Source: Actinomycetota bacterium
GTDB lineage: Bacteria > Actinomycetota > Thermoleophilia > Solirubrobacterales > JACPNS01
Length of the DNA: 64,000 bases
Reading direction: 5' to 3'
Assembly: GCA_016213645.1 (NCBI GenBank)
Contig: JACQZY010000028.1
Coordinates: forward strand, 9,457 to 73,456
Shown here: one piece after another, positions 62,728 to 64,000 of the stretch
Layout of the letters: each line of letters begins with the position of its first letter
Position numbering within the stretch: the stretch's first letter is position 1
The notes under the pieces: generated by a model
What the model was told of the DNA's origin: nothing
Database searches by the model: none
The model's input: only the letters and a program-made list of their open reading frames with translations
Made by a program: the position numbers and the translations under genes

Positions 62728-62730
62728 CTC

Positions 62731-62964
62731 ATGCCCAGAACAACGCTCGACATAGACAAAACGGTTCTCCTGGAGCTCAAACAAAGACAACAGCGCGAGC
62801 ACAAGTCCTTGGGCAAGCTCGCGTCTGAACTGTTGGCGTCGGCAATGGCGAATGAGCGGGCACAAGCGGATCAACCGGAGTTCGAGTGGAAAACCGCACC
62901 GATGAACGCAATCGTTGACATCGCGGACAAAGAAGCGCTCTTCGCGGCGCTCGACGGCGAGTGA
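62731..62964 (+). CDS. vapB: type II antitoxin (VapB-like)
   Basis: 77 aa from ATG 62731, beginning MPRTTLDIDKTVLLELKQRQQREHKSLGKLASELL. 4-nt overlap with the PIN toxin gene. Confidence 0.75.
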   Translation: MPRTTLDIDKTVLLELKQRQQREHKSLGKLASELLASAMANERAQADQPEFEWKTAPMNAIVDIADKEALFAALDGE

Positions 62965-63395
62965 GCGCCGCCCTCGATGCGAATGTTTTGCTCTACGCGT
63001 CCGACGCGTCGAGTGAATTTCATGAGCGAGCACTGAAAACCCTGCACGAATTAGCCGAGGGGCGGGAACTGCTGTATTTGTTTTGGCCGATGTTGATGGC
63101 CTACCTGCGAATCTCGACCCATCCCTCGATTTTCGCCAACCCGCTGTCGTCAGAAGACGCGATCGCGAATATCTCGCAGTTGACCGAGCGCGCGAATGTG
63201 CGCACGCCGGGCGAGGCCGAAGACTTCCTGCAAATATTCAACGAGTCGACCGCCGACCTGACCATCCGCGGCAATCTCGTTCCGGACGCGCACGTCGTAG
63301 CCCTGATGCGCCAGTACGACGTGAAAACGATCATCAGCCACGATCGAGATTTCAGAAAGTTCGACGGAATCAAAGTCGCGGATCCATTTAAATGA
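62961..63395 (+). CDS. vapC: PIN-domain ribonuclease toxin VapC
   Basis: 144 aa. Acidic PIN residues occur in LDANVLLYA, in the mid-protein E/D positions and in ISHDRDF. Confidence 0.85.
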   Translation: MSAALDANVLLYASDASSEFHERALKTLHELAEGRELLYLFWPMLMAYLRISTHPSIFANPLSSEDAIANISQLTERANVRTPGEAEDFLQIFNESTADLTIRGNLVPDAHVVALMRQYDVKTIISHDRDFRKFDGIKVADPFK

Positions 63396-63593
63396 CCGGC
63401 TGATCGCCTCGCGTCCCTAGCTCGGGTTGTCGTCGGTTCGGTGATTGACATCGATCGGTCGAGTGTCAGGTTTCACGAAACTGGGCATTACGGTTTTCAC
63501 GCATTCGCGAGTGAAAAATGAGCTTGGCGCGGCGAGTTCTTGCCGCCGCCGCGAACGCGGCGACGGTTGGCTGGGCTTCGAATCGCGCAGCGG

Positions 63594-64000
63594 CTAGCTG
63601 CTGACCGCGTAATTCAGGTAGACGGCGCCGCTCGGAAACAAGCGTTCATCAATCAATTGCAAATCGATTTGCCGTCCGGTCGGCAGCGCCGGTTTTCCGC
63701 CACCGACGGCGACCGGCAAAAACATCAGCCCGATCTCGTCGACGAGTCCCGCCGTGAACGCGGCAGCGGCAAGGCCGGGGCCGCCGATCACGAGGTCCTC
63801 GTCTCCGGCCTTGAGCTCACGGATCTGGTCTGGGTCGAACGCCCGTTCCAACGTGGTGCGCGCAGTTGAGACGGCCTCAAGCGTTTTCGAATAGACAAGC
63901 TTGTCGCGACCCCGCCAGATCTCAGCGAACTCACGTATCACCGCGGGCTCATCGTCGACGGGCATCGTTTCCCAGGCGGCCATCGTCTCGTACAGGCGCC
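63594..64000 (-). CDS. dihydrofolate reductase-like (RibD C-terminal domain) family protein, 5'-truncated by the window edge
   Basis: LVIGGPGLAAAAFTAGLVDEIGLMFLPVAVGGGKPAL is typical of RibD_C. The frame stays open upstream of Met63983 (..RLYETMAAW..) to the window end. Confidence 0.7.
   Translation of the reverse strand, partial: RLYETMAAWETMPVDDEPAVIREFAEIWRGRDKLVYSKTLEAVSTARTTLERAFDPDQIRELKAGDEDLVIGGPGLAAAAFTAGLVDEIGLMFLPVAVGGGKPALPTGRQIDLQLIDERLFPSGAVYLNYAVSS

Overview
High-GC bacterial chromosomal window, almost entirely coding. G+C was judged by eye, not computed. Gene order follows the conserved actinobacterial-type core. On the plus strand: integrase and tRNA-Arg junction, HD-GYP sensor (minus strand), rnz, pyrR-pyrB-pyrC-carA-carB-pyrK-pyrD, mihF-gmk-rpoZ-coaBC, rimP-nusA-infB-rbfA-nrnA-truB-ribF, rpsO-pnp, M16 peptidase, dapB, dapA-rnj, ftsK, cinA-recA, and miaB-miaA-dapF-dapL-hflX-dut. 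A minus-strand block follows: Ntn-type glutamine amidotransferase, methyltransferase, murT-gatD and a cation/proton antiporter. After it come a lipoprotein cyclophilin, phoU, a GltS-like FMN protein and an amidase. The window ends with a small lower-GC islet (legumain-like C13 peptidase, vapBC) and a truncated RibD_C-family gene. I saw one tRNA and no rRNA, CRISPR array or IS element. Four accessory pieces interrupt the core: (i) the right-hand end of an integrative element at tRNA-Arg(CCG), whose cargo lies outside the window; (ii) a secreted Ig-like-domain protein between pnp and the M16 peptidase; (iii) a DUF3052-DUF1800-DUF1501-cupredoxin operon between dapB and dapA; (iv) the C13 peptidase and vapBC islet. 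The most unusual observation is a DapF orthologue, in its normal syntenic slot, where both catalytic cysteines are encoded as serine. Other points worth a second look: a promoter-plus-terminator leader before rimP-nusA-infB, a CCCH motif and long acidic tail on NusA, an array of four mini-hairpins built from a duplicated rpsO 3' end, an RGG tail on PNPase, a translationally coupled murT-gatD-antiporter unit, and several short tandem repeats between convergent genes. I found no clearly recognisable novel multi-gene defence-type system. All functional calls rest on motifs read by eye from the supplied translations, with no database search.
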